From contig NC_135656.1 of NCBI RefSeq assembly GCF_964188315.1, positions 50,034,001 through 50,098,000 of the forward strand: DNA of 64,000 nucleotides, in the 5' to 3' direction. This document shows, one piece after another, positions 1 through 11,891 of the stretch. Within the stretch, counting starts at the first letter, position 1, and each line of letters starts with the position of its first letter. The notes under the pieces are model-generated. The model had not been told where the DNA came from. It saw only the letters and a list, made by a program, of their open reading frames with translations, and searched no databases. The DNA is from Podarcis muralis (lineage: Eukaryota). The position numbers and the translations under genes are program-made.

Positions 1-684
1 AAGCTGGAGAGTCAGATAAAAGGGAAGCTTTCTGTGCGCTGGAAAATTAACATTCCAGGGCCACGTCACTTTGTGTGCGGCTTCCTATGAGCTTTCCCCT
101 CCCATCGCCACCCCCCTCCCTGGCTTGCTGCCTCCCTCCCACCCACTGCTGAACAATCCGTCAGGTTTGGAAATCAGGCTGGATGGCACAAGGCACCATC
201 CTGTAATTTCCTTTTAATAATAGATCACAGGAGGATGGGCTCGGCAGCCTTCGCCTGCTCTTCTGCCTCCTCATTAGCTTTACTACACTTGCTCCATTTA
301 GAAACCAAGCGCAAATTAATGGAGCACTAATCATCTGCAGAAGAGATATTAATAGTGTGGACCCCCCTCCTCACCCACAGCCACCTTTCCTCAGCTTTCA
401 TCAGGCTGTTCCAGAAAGGGGGGAAACAAGCCTCCTCTGTGTGGAGGAATTAACAGGTGAGTGCTGGCAGGATACGGAACATCCTGGGCCTGTTTTGCAT
501 CTGCCGTAAGGGGCAAAGCACCAGGTAGGCAGGGGCAGGCAAAGGAGATTATTGGTGTGTGTGTGATTGTCTGCAAGAATTATTGATGTACTGTAGCTTC
601 TTCACTTTGAGATAGTTGCTATATTAGTTTTGTACTTTCTGTGGCAGACCACGTGTTTCCTGTGCAGAAGAACACGGTCCCACG

Positions 685-830
685 TTCAATTTTCAGTATC
701 TCTAGTTAGAGACTCTAAGCACTGAGGCTGAAAAAGAGCATCAGCTGAAACTCTGGAGAGTGGCTGTTAGTCAGGGGAGATACTATTCAGCCACTGATAG
801 GATGGAGGGCCAAACGTGAAGCCTTCAGTG
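685..830 (+). mobile_element. Degenerate Squam3-like SINE fragment
   Basis: Resembles the Squam3 body (...ctgaaactctggagagtggctgttagtcag...gatggagggccaa); diverged. Confidence 0.5.
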
Positions 831-1299
831 TGTGGTTGCCATTTACATATCTTTCATTTTAAGAAGAAAAATGTGAAAAAGAAAGAAACAGCTACAGGAG
901 CCCCCAATCCCAATTAGAACTGAAAGGCATGAGGGTGTTAACTCTTGCAATTTTTCTCCATCCCCCCCTCACTATTATCAGCGCTGGATTTAGGGTGGTT
1001 CCCCCGCACAGGGCGCTGTGCGAAGGGGGTGCAAAATAATAACAACAAAAAACCTATTTATTATATAGGGAGTGGCCCCCAAAACACTTCTTGGGGCAAA
1101 TCACAGTTTGGGATGAATTATTTTATCAGCAAAACTGTGCTGGGGTGGGAGAAGGATTAGTTCCTCCCCACTGTACCAGAGTCCTGATCTAGGCTAAGGC
1201 TCCCACAGGTGCTATTTTTCTATTTTAAAAAAGTTGAAAGATGTGCAATTGTGACCACACATTTACTTTGTGGTCCTACACATTTCTACTCTGCCTGAA

Positions 1300-1362
1300 T
1301 TAAATTCTGTGTAATTCAATGGAGCTTACTCTCAGGTAAGTGGATATAAGAGTGCAGCCCTA
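1300..1362. mobile_element. Short squamate palindromic repeat (attcaatgg..cttactc.caggtaagt..ataagagtgcagcc family)
   Basis: Related copies at about 54805-54872 and 56000-56085, with partial copies near 36885 and 46050. Confidence 0.5.
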
Positions 1363-1534
1363 ACGTATTATCTAATTTGGCCTTCAGCATAAGGTGGCTT
1401 CATATGTTCCTGGCTGCACTTTGCACAGGAAGCCAAAGGAAGAAGCCACAAATCCCAACTGTAGCCCAAAACAACTGCTCTTGCAGGTAGCAGGCCATAT
1501 ATTAGTACTTTAGATCTGAACTGTTCAGACATGC

Positions 1535-1650
1535 ATCCCTAGATGTTGCTGGGCTACAAATCCCATTATCCCCAGCCAGTTTATCCAATGGTCACAAATG
1601 ATGGGAGATGTGGTCCAACAATATTTGGGGACCCAAGGATGAAGAAGGCC
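1535..1650. mobile_element. ~130-bp palindromic hAT-like MITE (ctacaactcccatc...gatgggagttgtag family), copy 1
   Basis: agatgttgctgggctacaaatcccattatccccagcc...gatgggagatgtggtccaacaatatttgg; internal inverted symmetry shared with about 10 other copies in the window. Confidence 0.7.
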
Positions 1651-2281
1651 ACCTTAGAATAACAAGAGATCACCCTTCACCTTTCCTTGGACAAATGAAG
1701 GCCAGATTTATATGTGTTCTTCCTTCACAGAATCATGAAGGAAACAAACTGATGTTGGTGGTGGGGCTTGGCTAGTGAGTCACTGCTACTTATTGGGAGG
1801 GGCACAGTGGTGGTGAGCTGCAAAAGCACCAGTGGAGTTCAATTTGAAACTCCTCCCAGTGCATTTGCATGGTATCGCCCTTCCTTGTCCCTCCCTCTCC
1901 AAGTAAGCAGCAGCAACTCACCTGCCAAGAGGTCAGGTAAGGGCCTCCACCCCACCACAGTGTCTGCTGCTGACTAGAAATGTTTTGTCAGAAGACCTGT
2001 AAACAGAAAACTACATTCTTCCCTCCTACCTAGGGATCATTCCAGCACAATCCACATGTGCTACATGGATTCCTTCACTGTTCTCCTTCTCATGAAGAAC
2101 AATGGCCATAGAATACACTTATTTCCTCTAGAAATGTGTTTCTTCTCTGCAGTGGGCTCCCAGAACCAACATATTGCCAATGACAGTATTATAGTTGGAG
2201 AAAGATACACACACAATTTGGAAGTTGTGACCCAGAGTAAATTTCCCACAGCGACACAGAGAATCCCACGGCGAAGTGTAC

Positions 2282-2455
2282 CTGAAAAAGCTCGGAGTCA
2301 TCTGTACTGTACTGGCTGGACTCTGTTTCAGAGTGCTCGCAACACCACTGCAGCTCATTGAAGCAACTGGCTGAGTCAAAGTCACCGGCATCCAACTGGG
2401 ACAAATCTATCTCTGGGAAATCAGAGTAGAGGTGTTCCTCACCAGACACTTCATA
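2282..2455 (-). CDS. PPARGC1B: PPARGC1B (PGC-1beta) internal coding exon 2, N-terminal acidic activation domain
   Basis: Translates as [58 protein letters not shown] (58 aa). This is colinear with human PGC-1beta exon 2 ([58 protein letters not shown], also 58 aa, recalled from memory) and much closer to it than to PGC-1alpha. Acceptor ttttctcttttacatccacag|TAT, donor TTTCAG|gtacac, 174 nt, phase 0/0. Confidence 0.96.
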
Positions 2456-4784
2456 CTGTGGATGTAAAAGAGAAAAGGATGGTGAGCTTGGCTGGCTTGT
2501 GAATCCTCGAAAAAACCAAATGAGGTCAAATATAATCACACATGCCTTCACAAGGTGTAGATCGGATCACTGGTGCCTTTAAGGGGTGTCCAAATGGTAC
2601 ACAATAAAAAGCCACACTAACGTGGAGCTAAGAAACCAAAGTCCCAACCTTCCTAAAACAAAGAGGATTTAAAACCACTTGAAGGCAGGCTGCCACCTGT
2701 AGAAAGCCTTCAAGCTCCAAAAAGGCAACAGTTCCACATTTTGTTTATTTACTGAGGTATTTTTAGCCTGTTCTTCAAAAGAATTCCTTTTACAACAAAA
2801 CAAAATTTTATAAAATAACCACATTGAAACTAAAAAAAGCAAATTAAAGATGGCAGATATAGTTCTAAATGACTCCCAGTGGCTCTTTTTCTGACCTGAC
2901 CTGGTATTACTGATGAAAGGGGATACAGAAATGTTTTAAATAAATACATAAAATGACTGAGAAAATACAACTGAGAGCAGTGTGTAGTAAGAGTTGTGCC
3001 TCTAAAGCAAGCATGTACTGAAGGACATGAATGCTGTAAAATGAGGCATTTCCTGCCCCTCCTCCAATGTATTAAAACTAAAAATCCCGAGATTATTTTT
3101 CTTTTCCGCATTATTACCTGCTGATGAATTATAATTATGTCTTGCGGGCTTGTCTGCAAGATCAGAATTTAGGTCTATTCTTCTCATCCCCCTTCTTAAA
3201 TTAGAAGTGACAACTTGTACCTGATTGTGATTATTATTTTTGCCGACTTTGAATATGTGCATCAATGCCATTCAAAAGAAACTGAAGGATAAAGCAAAAC
3301 AGAGCACTTTCTCCACGCTCAACATCTAGTATTTCCATTTGGGAATGATGCTGCAACCTTGGCCAGCTTTCGCAAGAAATGCTTGGGTTTTGTGTTTCTA
3401 GTATCAACATGATAATATCCTATTATGCAGATTCTAAGATTAACATTTCTGTGCTCTTGGAAATATCACTCCCGCTACCTTCTAGTGTGCGAGAGGCCAA
3501 GCCCCCTGGAGGACAGCCCAGATGCTTTGTTTCCCCATGGCAAAAAAGGAGGAGGAGGAGGTTACTGGTGGGTGACTGACAATATGCATCTTTCAAGTCT
3601 GTCTCTGTTCAAAGGAACAGGAAAACACCCACCCACCTACCAGCAGATCACTCAGATTAAATGGCTGCATTTCGAGGGACAATCTTTCAAAATGAATAAT
3701 GCCCGTTTCCTGTATAATTACAAAGATGTGCTTGTGGTGGTTTGCTTTGTTTTGTTTTTCAAGTTCAGAGGAAACAGACATTTTCAACTTTTCTTGGGAC
3801 AGTTCCCTTGCTCATGGATCATCACCATGATCCATTGCTAGCCTTCCACGTCCATCTCAAGGTGGTGTACAAATTATAATAAAAACAGCTAAGGAGAGTT
3901 ATAAAAATAGCAGAAGACCAGTTCAACCACTGGTGATCTCCTCAGGCAAGACAGACAGTCAGACAGATACACCGACGCCCCCGTACACCACCAGAGCAGC
4001 TGCATGGCTTCTTAAGGGACACTTAAGCTACTCCAGCCTTTAGTGACGTAATGCGGACATCCAGGGCTTATACTAGTGCCCTGATAGCCAGCAATTAGGA
4101 AGGAAAGGAAGAGGCTTATAGGGTACACCAGACAGTCACGAATCAGGTAAGGCTCTGCAACAGAGGCCTGTGTGCATCTGAAGGTGGCACTTTTGGCCTG
4201 CTGGGCATTCTGGGTCCTGACCACCCCTAACCTCCCCTTTCTTTCTCAGGCCTTCCAGCCCCAGCTCCATTCATCAGCTAAACTTAGCTCCGCCACGCTC
4301 TTGGCAGTGGCAAGCAGGCCTTGGAGCTTCAATATTTCCTCATACCCGTGGCAATCTCTCCTTATAGAAACAAGTTTCTCCAGACACCAATTCAATAACA
4401 GCTCTAACAATCCATTGTATTCTTCCCCTGCTCCTCAAGCCCAGCCAAAACGAGAGTATAATAGAGCAGAATCAATGGCTGGCGCATGTAAGGCAATCTA
4501 AGCTCTAAGAACTGAGCTAAAAATATCCAGTCAATCACACAGAGCAGCTGAGACCCGGCCCCATTTCCACCACATTCTCAAGGCATACGCAATTGCATTA
4601 AACTCCCAACACGGTCGGCGAAAGCGAGTGACCGAGAAGGACACAGTAATGCTGCACTGCACCATTACTGCTAAGCCTACCAAAGGTCACAGATATGCTG
4701 GGGGATGCGGCTTTCGAAGGTCCACGATGCACAAAGCCGGGGGAGGGGGAGGACTGTGATACAGAAGACAAGGCCTGCTCAGAT

Positions 4785-5240
4785 TAGGGATGGATGAGGG
4801 AGAAGGTAGGCTCTGTCTGGGCTGAAAGGTGAACCTCCCTACTTTGCACTTGCCCAAAGCAGCACACAAGACAGAAGCACAGTTATCCTCGAAAATCTGC
4901 ACTCTCCGAATTTTCCAGTGCAGTTCTGCAGCCAAGTAACATGTACTTAATATATACAAAAATGTATATATTAGTAGAACTGACATGGGTGGTGATGGCA
5001 GGTGGGGGGGGGGGGAGAATCCATTGTATTAGGAAAATTCCTTTGCAAAAAAACTATCTCTTAGGCAAAACCTCTTACAAAAATGTGTCTACTAGTTGAA
5101 ATTTGCACAGAAATGCTGGTGAATCTTCATGAAACCTTTTTAAAAATCACCATCATCACAAACTGATGTACAAACGTGGGGAACAAAAGATAAGATTGGA
5201 AAAATGAGAAACCTGAAATTTGCATATGGGCCCATCCCTA
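4785..5240. mobile_element. hAT(Ac)-type non-autonomous DNA transposon
   Basis: TIRs tagggatgg (4785) and ccatcccta (ends 5240). Flanks gctcagat / gctcaagc look like a decayed 8-bp TSD. AT-rich interior. Confidence 0.6.
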
Positions 5241-5399
5241 GCTCAAGCAAAGGTTTCTGCAAAATTGTGCCATCGGGCACTACTGACATCTATACCATGC
5301 TCAGTGTAGGGAAGAAACTCTATCTGATGTGTAAAAATTTTGCCAACGTTATGACTCCATGGTTACTTCCAATTTGTTTCAGTGACATGTGATTTTATT

Positions 5400-5560
5400 G
5401 CTCATATTTGAATGCTGCTCTTCCCCAAAGACATTCAGGCCAGCATACATGGCACTATCATCTCTTGCAATCTTCAAGTCAACCTTGTGAGGAATGTTAA
5501 AACTGAGTAACACTCTCATGGCTGAGCGGAGATTTGAATCCAGAGTCCCTCAGTTCACCA
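5400..5560 (-). mobile_element. MIR/L2-tail-type SINE fragment
   Basis: caaccttgtgaggaatg...ctcatggctgagcggagatttgaatccag is the reverse complement of the element type at 18420-18672. Confidence 0.6.
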
Positions 5561-7944
5561 GCTAGACTCCATTAGATGAATTGGACAGACTTGAACACCA
5601 GGATTTCCTGCTTCTCCACAAATGCTTTTTATCTAGCAAAGTTCAGCACCGATTGGGAAATTTTTGATCCCAACTTTGCTGGCATCAGTACGTTTACAGT
5701 GTTCACTGAATTCAGCGAGTAGGGTCAGCACTCAGTCCTGTCTTTCTGAGCCAACAAACCCATTCCAGGCAAGCCACCATGGAGCTGGTAGATGATAAAA
5801 GCCTTTGTCCTCGTAATGACCAAGACTAGCATTCAAAACAACCACCAGATAAATGAAAATTCATGAAGCCCTTTTATGTGAAGACCTGCTGATCTTTGGG
5901 AGCTTCCTAACAATGGGGAGAGCAAATATATTTGTTTTGCATTTAGCTCTCAACTCACAAGATCAACTGAGCATTTGAGAAGCCGTAATGAGAGAATAAC
6001 ATCCAAGGCACTGCTTTGAAGTTTTCCAAATAGTCTCTCTAGGACTTAACAATCAATTTTCACAAGAAGTTACAGAAACGAAAGAGACAGCATCTCCCCC
6101 TCTCCACCCCCTTCGTTCTGTCTTTATTAACTGGATAATCTCAGATTATAGGGCTTGTTTCCCGCAGGAATGGGACTTTATGTCTTCTCTGCGTTTTCCA
6201 ATTTAATTTAGGACATAGTCTCCACTAACAGTAAATGGTGGGTCCTCCTGCACCTTCTGTATGAACACTAGGTGAAAGAAAGGGCAAATGGACCTCAGGT
6301 TACGAAGCAAAGGCTGTAGGGAAGGGTCAGTCTTGGGGCAAGGAAGAGGCCTGGAGACTGGCAGAAAGAGAAAATCGCAATGGAAGAAGGTTGCAAGCTG
6401 ACCTCCGCCCAACCTGTCCAGGGCAGGGCAAGCTTCTACCAAGCCACATGGAAAAATGAGCGGGTAGGGACTTTTCACATTATGGAGACACACATTATTG
6501 CCAACTAACATCTGCATAAAAAGCTGCTGCTAAAAGCACAACTGCAGTGACCATTTGAAAAGTTGCCTACTGGAGGGGTGTGTGGGGAAGCCGGTGGATC
6601 CAGAGACTTTTTCTAATCTGCTACCTTTTCACACACTTCCCTTACTGCATTGTGCATGCAATGCACATTTTAGCACTGTTATTTTCTGAAGGAAGTGCGG
6701 TTTAGAATCTGTGCAGCCCTTACAAATTATTGCCTTTAACCCATCTTGGATTGAGATGGAATTGTTATCATATTGTTTCAATTTACAGTCTAACACAATG
6801 TGCTCATGACGAAACTCTCATATAAACCCCAGGGGATTTGCAGGAGATGCATGTTGATAGATCTGTATCTTGTAGCTTTATTCCGAACCCTTTGTTGCTC
6901 TCCCTTGCTCCATTTGTCCACAATCCCCTAGCACAAATTGGGTTACCCACCTATTTCCTATTGGGGACCTATCACCCAGGAACAATACCACCATGGCCCC
7001 ATTTTGGCTATGAGAAACTGTTCAGTAATTTGCCTGGCTTAATGGTTAATCCAGCCCCCAGTTAGATTCCGATTTCCATCAATATATCTGATTGTCCAGG
7101 CCCCCAGCAAATGTATGTTTTCATCAAATGCTGTGTTTTTCCTCAAATCTTTCTCAGGGAGTAGAGGTAGACATATTTATTTTTAGAAAAACTTTGAATA
7201 TGCATTTGCAATTCATACACGAACTTCTGCAAAACACTCAGATTCCTCAGTTGTCTTTGATATGTCACTAGGGAAGAGATCCCAGCTCTGCAATCACAAG
7301 GTGCAGCTGACGCTAGCACTTGGGATGTCTTTTGATAATCTCTACAGACGTGACACCTCCCCACTGCCAACAGAATTGGGTATAAATAAACTCCTGCAAT
7401 CCAATGCCTCTTTGGGCTGCCTACATGGCATGCTGAGTTCAGCAGCAAGATTCAGATGGTGCCCTGGCAATGCCATGTTGTTCAAGTCCAGCTCAAGGGT
7501 CACCTGGGAGACAAGCAATAGGGCAGCATACTCCTCAGTGCATGTATGAATCCATCCCAAATCTTCCAAACAACTGTCTGACTGATTGACTCTGGAGGAA
7601 AGATTAATGTTTCGGTTATGAGTGGATAAGTGACATAAATCATCACAGGAAACAGCCACCTAAATCTGTTAATATCACAATAGCTCTCTTGAGAACCAGA
7701 CCCCACTTTAACCATGTCCTGTGATACACAACCCACTTTTCTATATTGTTGTTGTTCCTACTGCTACTACTGTATACATCTGTTCACCTCCTTCTGTTTT
7801 TCTCTTCTATTTGCCATTTTCTCTCAACTTCTCTGTCCTTCCCTCTTTCCTCTTAATATAGTTTGAACATCGGGGGGGGGGGGGTAAAATTAAATAGTGT
7901 TGGCACCACTGATGGGACCACTAGAGGTAAAGGCAAGGCCTACT

Positions 7945-8070
7945 TGAGAGTCCTCATTCCCAGTGGGCTGAACTACAACTCCCATTATCCCTGACCATTG
8001 ACCATGCTAGTTGGGGATGATAAGAGCTGAATGCTAGCAATGCCTTGAGGTCCTCAGTTTCTGCATCCCT
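7945..8070. mobile_element. ~130-bp palindromic hAT-like MITE, copy 2
   Basis: gaactacaactcccattatccctgaccattgaccatgctagttggggatgat... family core. Confidence 0.7.
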
Positions 8071-10464
8071 AGCCTAGACCTTCAGAGTTAAATAAAGGGA
8101 TTCTCTCCAAGCTAATAGTTAGTGCCATTCAGCTGGGGCAGCATAGCCAAGAACTGGACTGGTTAGTTCTGTCAATGAGGTATGTTTCAGTCACTGGAAG
8201 GATATCTAAATACCAGTTTCCTTCCTCCATTGCTTTGGAAACAAGAAGAAATACACATCTTTGGCTGCATGCCTTGGAAGAAGAAGAACTGAAGCACTTA
8301 ACAGAAGGCAGAACATCTGATGATATTTCCGAGTCTTCTTTCCACCCACAGTGGTGGGCAGGTGGATGGTACAGGGCTCTTCTTTGATAGGCCCAGCACT
8401 TGCGAGTGGGTAATGGATCTTGGCTGTTGCAGTGTTCTCCTTTTCTGCATTTCCTTTTTGTGCTTGTGAAAGAAGTGAACTTTGTTCTAATTTTACCCAG
8501 GAGATTGTAAGGGAAGCAGCCATTGGACCTTGGAAGGCAGCCAGCAAAATGGCTGGGAATTCTGAACCATCTTTCATTCCAGACACCTCATTCAAGTGCG
8601 GTGGAGCAGAGCAAAACATAAAAACTAGCCCAGGAGCTCTGTGGAATAAGCCCATTCCCTGCCCGCTTTTAATCTACCAGGGGAGCCTAACTGGTCCAAT
8701 AGTGAGCCCTCACGTTACTTTGATTTCAAAATAGGATTAATATTATTAATTGTTCACCCTTTACTCTAATGTCCCAATTAAAACTCAATGTTTAAAAACA
8801 ATTCAAAACAACTTAGAATCACAAAAATAAGGTAGGCCCTAAGAATATACATTTCAGGAAACCCAGAAAATGGGGAAGCGCCATGGGTAAGTGGCAGAGT
8901 CATCGCTTGCCCTGTTTGATTCCCCTTATCTCCATTTAAAAGGATCTCAAGTAGATGTGCTAGAAAAACCTCTGAATCTTTGGAGAGTTCCTGCCAGTAA
9001 CAGTAAACAATTCTGGTCTAGATGGACCAATGATCTAACTTGTCGGGAGCTTCATGTTTTCATCCTTACAGGGACAGCAAATGGAAAAGTGTGCCCCAGC
9101 AGGCTGCCCTGGAGCTCTGCCAAGAAGATGGGCTCTGAGCTTCTAAGAGAGGAGTGGGATTTCACGTACTATTATGGGGCTACATGGTGCTCCTGAAAGA
9201 TGTTGTTTTGAAAGCAGAAAGGTTGGATTTGCCCTTGTCAGATGCATGATGGAAGCATTTTGGGTCTCAAACTGTGATTTGTTAATTAGGTCACACAGAC
9301 ACCTAGATTTGCAGAACAGTCAGGCAATCCATCTTGGAGGCGCCTATTTCCACATCGCCCCCGAGCCTTCTTTTAAAAATGTGAATTTCCTGTAAATGTA
9401 CAAACCGGCAAAGAGACATTGCAATCCTTGATGAAAACAAAACCAAAAGAGAGCAGCCAACAGATAGATTTTTGTGTGGTGCAAATCCACAGTCGACAGG
9501 CAGACAATGACTGGCTGGATGCAGCACTGAAACCACTATTTTATTCTATTATTATTTTTAAAGTATTGACACGAGTTCCCTGCCATGGGAAATCCGTAAT
9601 CTAAACAGAAAGTGCAGAATGAACCGTCAGGCTGTCGGAAGGCCTCCTTCTTGGGAGCTTTTTCTTTTTTGATGTCTTCATTACAAACCGATGGGTGACA
9701 CCTTATTAACAGATGTAGGATGGCAATTAGGAGCCCTGGGATAAGATCTGAAAAACAGGAGCTTGCCCAACACGATGAGGCTTGCATGTGCGACATAAAG
9801 AGCTGTGATGATACTTGCTCTAAATTGGTCACTCACAACTCGCACAGAGTTACCTTCAAAGGATAACTAACGCAGTGTGCTAAGGCACTGGCATCCAGGC
9901 CTCCACAATGATAGACGGACAGCTAGATAATTGCAGAAGCGGAATTTTAGCCTGTCCTTCTCTCTCATCAGCTTGGGAGAGAAGACCAAATTCTGAGCCA
10001 GCACGCAGCATTCAAGCACATGAGTGAAAGACATACAGTCATCTGGCACCAGCAATAGAACTGTCTCCTTGAACTCTACTCTGGTTTGGTTAAGAGTCTT
10101 AAGAACAGTTAGATGATTGCCATACATCCTAGACAACTGGTCTAAGAGACACAAGTCCGGGGGCTCAGATGGTATTGAGTGTCTTGATATTTAGGCAGCT
10201 GTTGAAGACTTTTTTTTTTTTATAATTTAAGAAGACTTTCCCTGAAGGGTGACCCAGTCATTTTATGGAAGATGAAGTGTACAAATGTGTAAACTGATTG
10301 GTTGCTTTTAATTTATCAAATTTATAAACCTTTGTATTTTGTCTTATTTTACACCGCTTCAGTATCTTTTGGTTGTGAAACAAGTTATACACCTGCAAAT
10401 AAAATAAAACTATAATGCATCTGTTGCTGGGCTGTATTGTTGATGGGGTTCAAGTATTCAAATG

Positions 10465-10622
10465 NNNNNNNNNNNNNNNNNNNNNNNNNNNNNNNNNNNN
10501 NNNNNNNNNNNNNNNNNNNNNNNNNNNNNNNNNNNNNNNNNNNNNNNNNNNNNNNNNNNNNNNNNNNNNNNNNNNNNNNNNNNNNNNNNNNNNNNNNNNN
10601 NNNNNNNNNNNNNNNNNNNNNN
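10465..10622. other. Assembly gap (158 N)
   Basis: Run of N. Confidence 1.
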
Positions 10623-10919
10623 ACAAAAACAGGATAGGAAGAGTCTATCCTACTTTTTGCTCTGCTCTCTTGCAGGCTTGCTTTGTTTCTGTAGGAAAGC
10701 AATGGGTTGCTCCAAGGAGATCATTCCATCTCCAATAGAATTTTTGCTTGCCAGATGGAACAGGTGGGTGGGAAGTACCACAGTGCTAGCGAGACTTTTT
10801 GCACTGGCTTCTACTAGCGCAACAACTTTGTTGAATCCACTCTATTATCCTCTGGCCCTTTCAGAACATGCATCTCAGGAACGCATGCACTGGGTAAATG
10901 GAAACAAGAAACAGAGAAG

Positions 10920-11070
10920 TTTTATTATCATTATTTATTTAATCTGATGTGCCACACGGAGAGCATCTCTAGGTGGCCTACAGTAAAGTTTTAAAACATA
11001 CAGAATGGTTAAAAGCAGTCATCAACATGGAATGAATCAATATACAAAACATAAAACAAACTCACTAAAA
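10920..11070 (-). mobile_element. L2-type 3' tail fragment
   Basis: ttattatcattatttatttaatctgatgtgccacac...ctaggtggcctacag is the typical reverse-complemented L2/L2-SINE tail. Confidence 0.5.
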
Positions 11071-11675
11071 ACTTATCAGCATTTGCTTTCTTTTCTGAAT
11101 TAAGTTTGCGCTGGCGCATTTGACTGTATGGCCATTCCAGACCTTTTTCTCAAGATCCAGTTCTACTACTCGAGATCCTGGGACAATCTACGTCCTTCCC
11201 TCCTGCTTTAAAGCAGACCTCATTCAGCCAGACGGCTGGTGCTGCTAAGAGGTCCAGAGGCTCAATGGAGTCAGACTGAAGAAGCTAAATCATTGCAGCA
11301 TTCTCTGAACAACACCCCTGAGCCACGTGCTGAGATGACAGACCCCAAGTGGGATGTTTGCAGTTTCCTTCTCCATAAACTTCAACGTGAGGCACAGCCT
11401 GAGTTGGCAAGTCAGCTGAGGGGGGAAACAGAAGGTTCCGCCAACTGGTAGCAAAAGTGCCATTTCACAAAACCTGCAAGCAGTGCCTGCTGAAATCTAA
11501 AGGAGCCAGAGGAGTAGTGCTTGCTGAATGGGTTTGTTTTTCTACCGTAGTAGTAACTAGCTTTCTCTTTTGATGGGCTTCTATAATGTGTTTTCCCTTC
11601 CTGGCTTGCATTGGATGGGGCGGGAAGACTAAAGTGACATAAGCCCCACATCTCATTTCTCACAGATCTACTAGG

Positions 11676-11891
11676 TACAGATGGGTAGCCGTGTTGGTCT
11701 GCCATAGTCAAAACAAAAAAAATTCCTTCCAGTAGCACCTTAAAGACCAACTAAGTTAGTTCTTGGTATGAGCTTTCGTGTGCATGCACACTTCTTCAGA
11801 TACTGAAGAAGTGTGCATGCACACGAAAGCTCATACCAAGAACTAACTTAGTTGGTCTTTAAGGTGCTACTGGAAGGAATTTTTTTTGTTT
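11676..11891. mobile_element. Penelope-like element remnant: perfect 89-bp inverted repeat with 12-bp TSD
   Basis: Arms 11711-11799 and 11803-11891 are exact reverse complements around a 3-nt loop. Direct repeat agatctactagg at 11664-11675 and 11892-11903. Motifs gggtagccgtgttggtctg, gcaccttaaagaccaac and gctttcgtg match reptilian Penelope terminal repeats. Confidence 0.85.
11766..11803 (-). ncRNA. Minimal type-I hammerhead ribozyme motif (Penelope-associated)
   Basis: Minus strand reads GUAU-CUGAAGA-A-GUGUGCAUGCACAC-GAA-AGCU-C|AUAC: stem I GUAU/AUAC, core CUGANGA, stem II hairpin, GAAA, palindromic AGCU stem III, UC cleavage site at 11770|11769. Confidence 0.7.

Larger units (their letters stand above)
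1..2281 (-). other. PPARGC1B: PPARGC1B intron 2 (5' part)
   Basis: Follows the exon 2 GT donor. No exon-3-like sequence (IDSENEALL...) seen before the window edge. Confidence 0.75.

Noticed and set aside
2189-2551. 120-aa ORF as a complete gene
   Set aside because: Only 2282-2455 resembles PGC-1beta and it is bounded by canonical splice sites; the flanking residues are intron read-through.
7342-7659. ORF containing CLEDLGWI, reminiscent of the L2 RT motif CLxDIxxWM
   Set aside because: A single short motif without neighbouring L2 signatures; at most an old LINE remnant, not a gene.
10385-10947. ORFs spanning the N runs (also 61859-62106)
   Set aside because: Artefacts of translating through assembly gaps.
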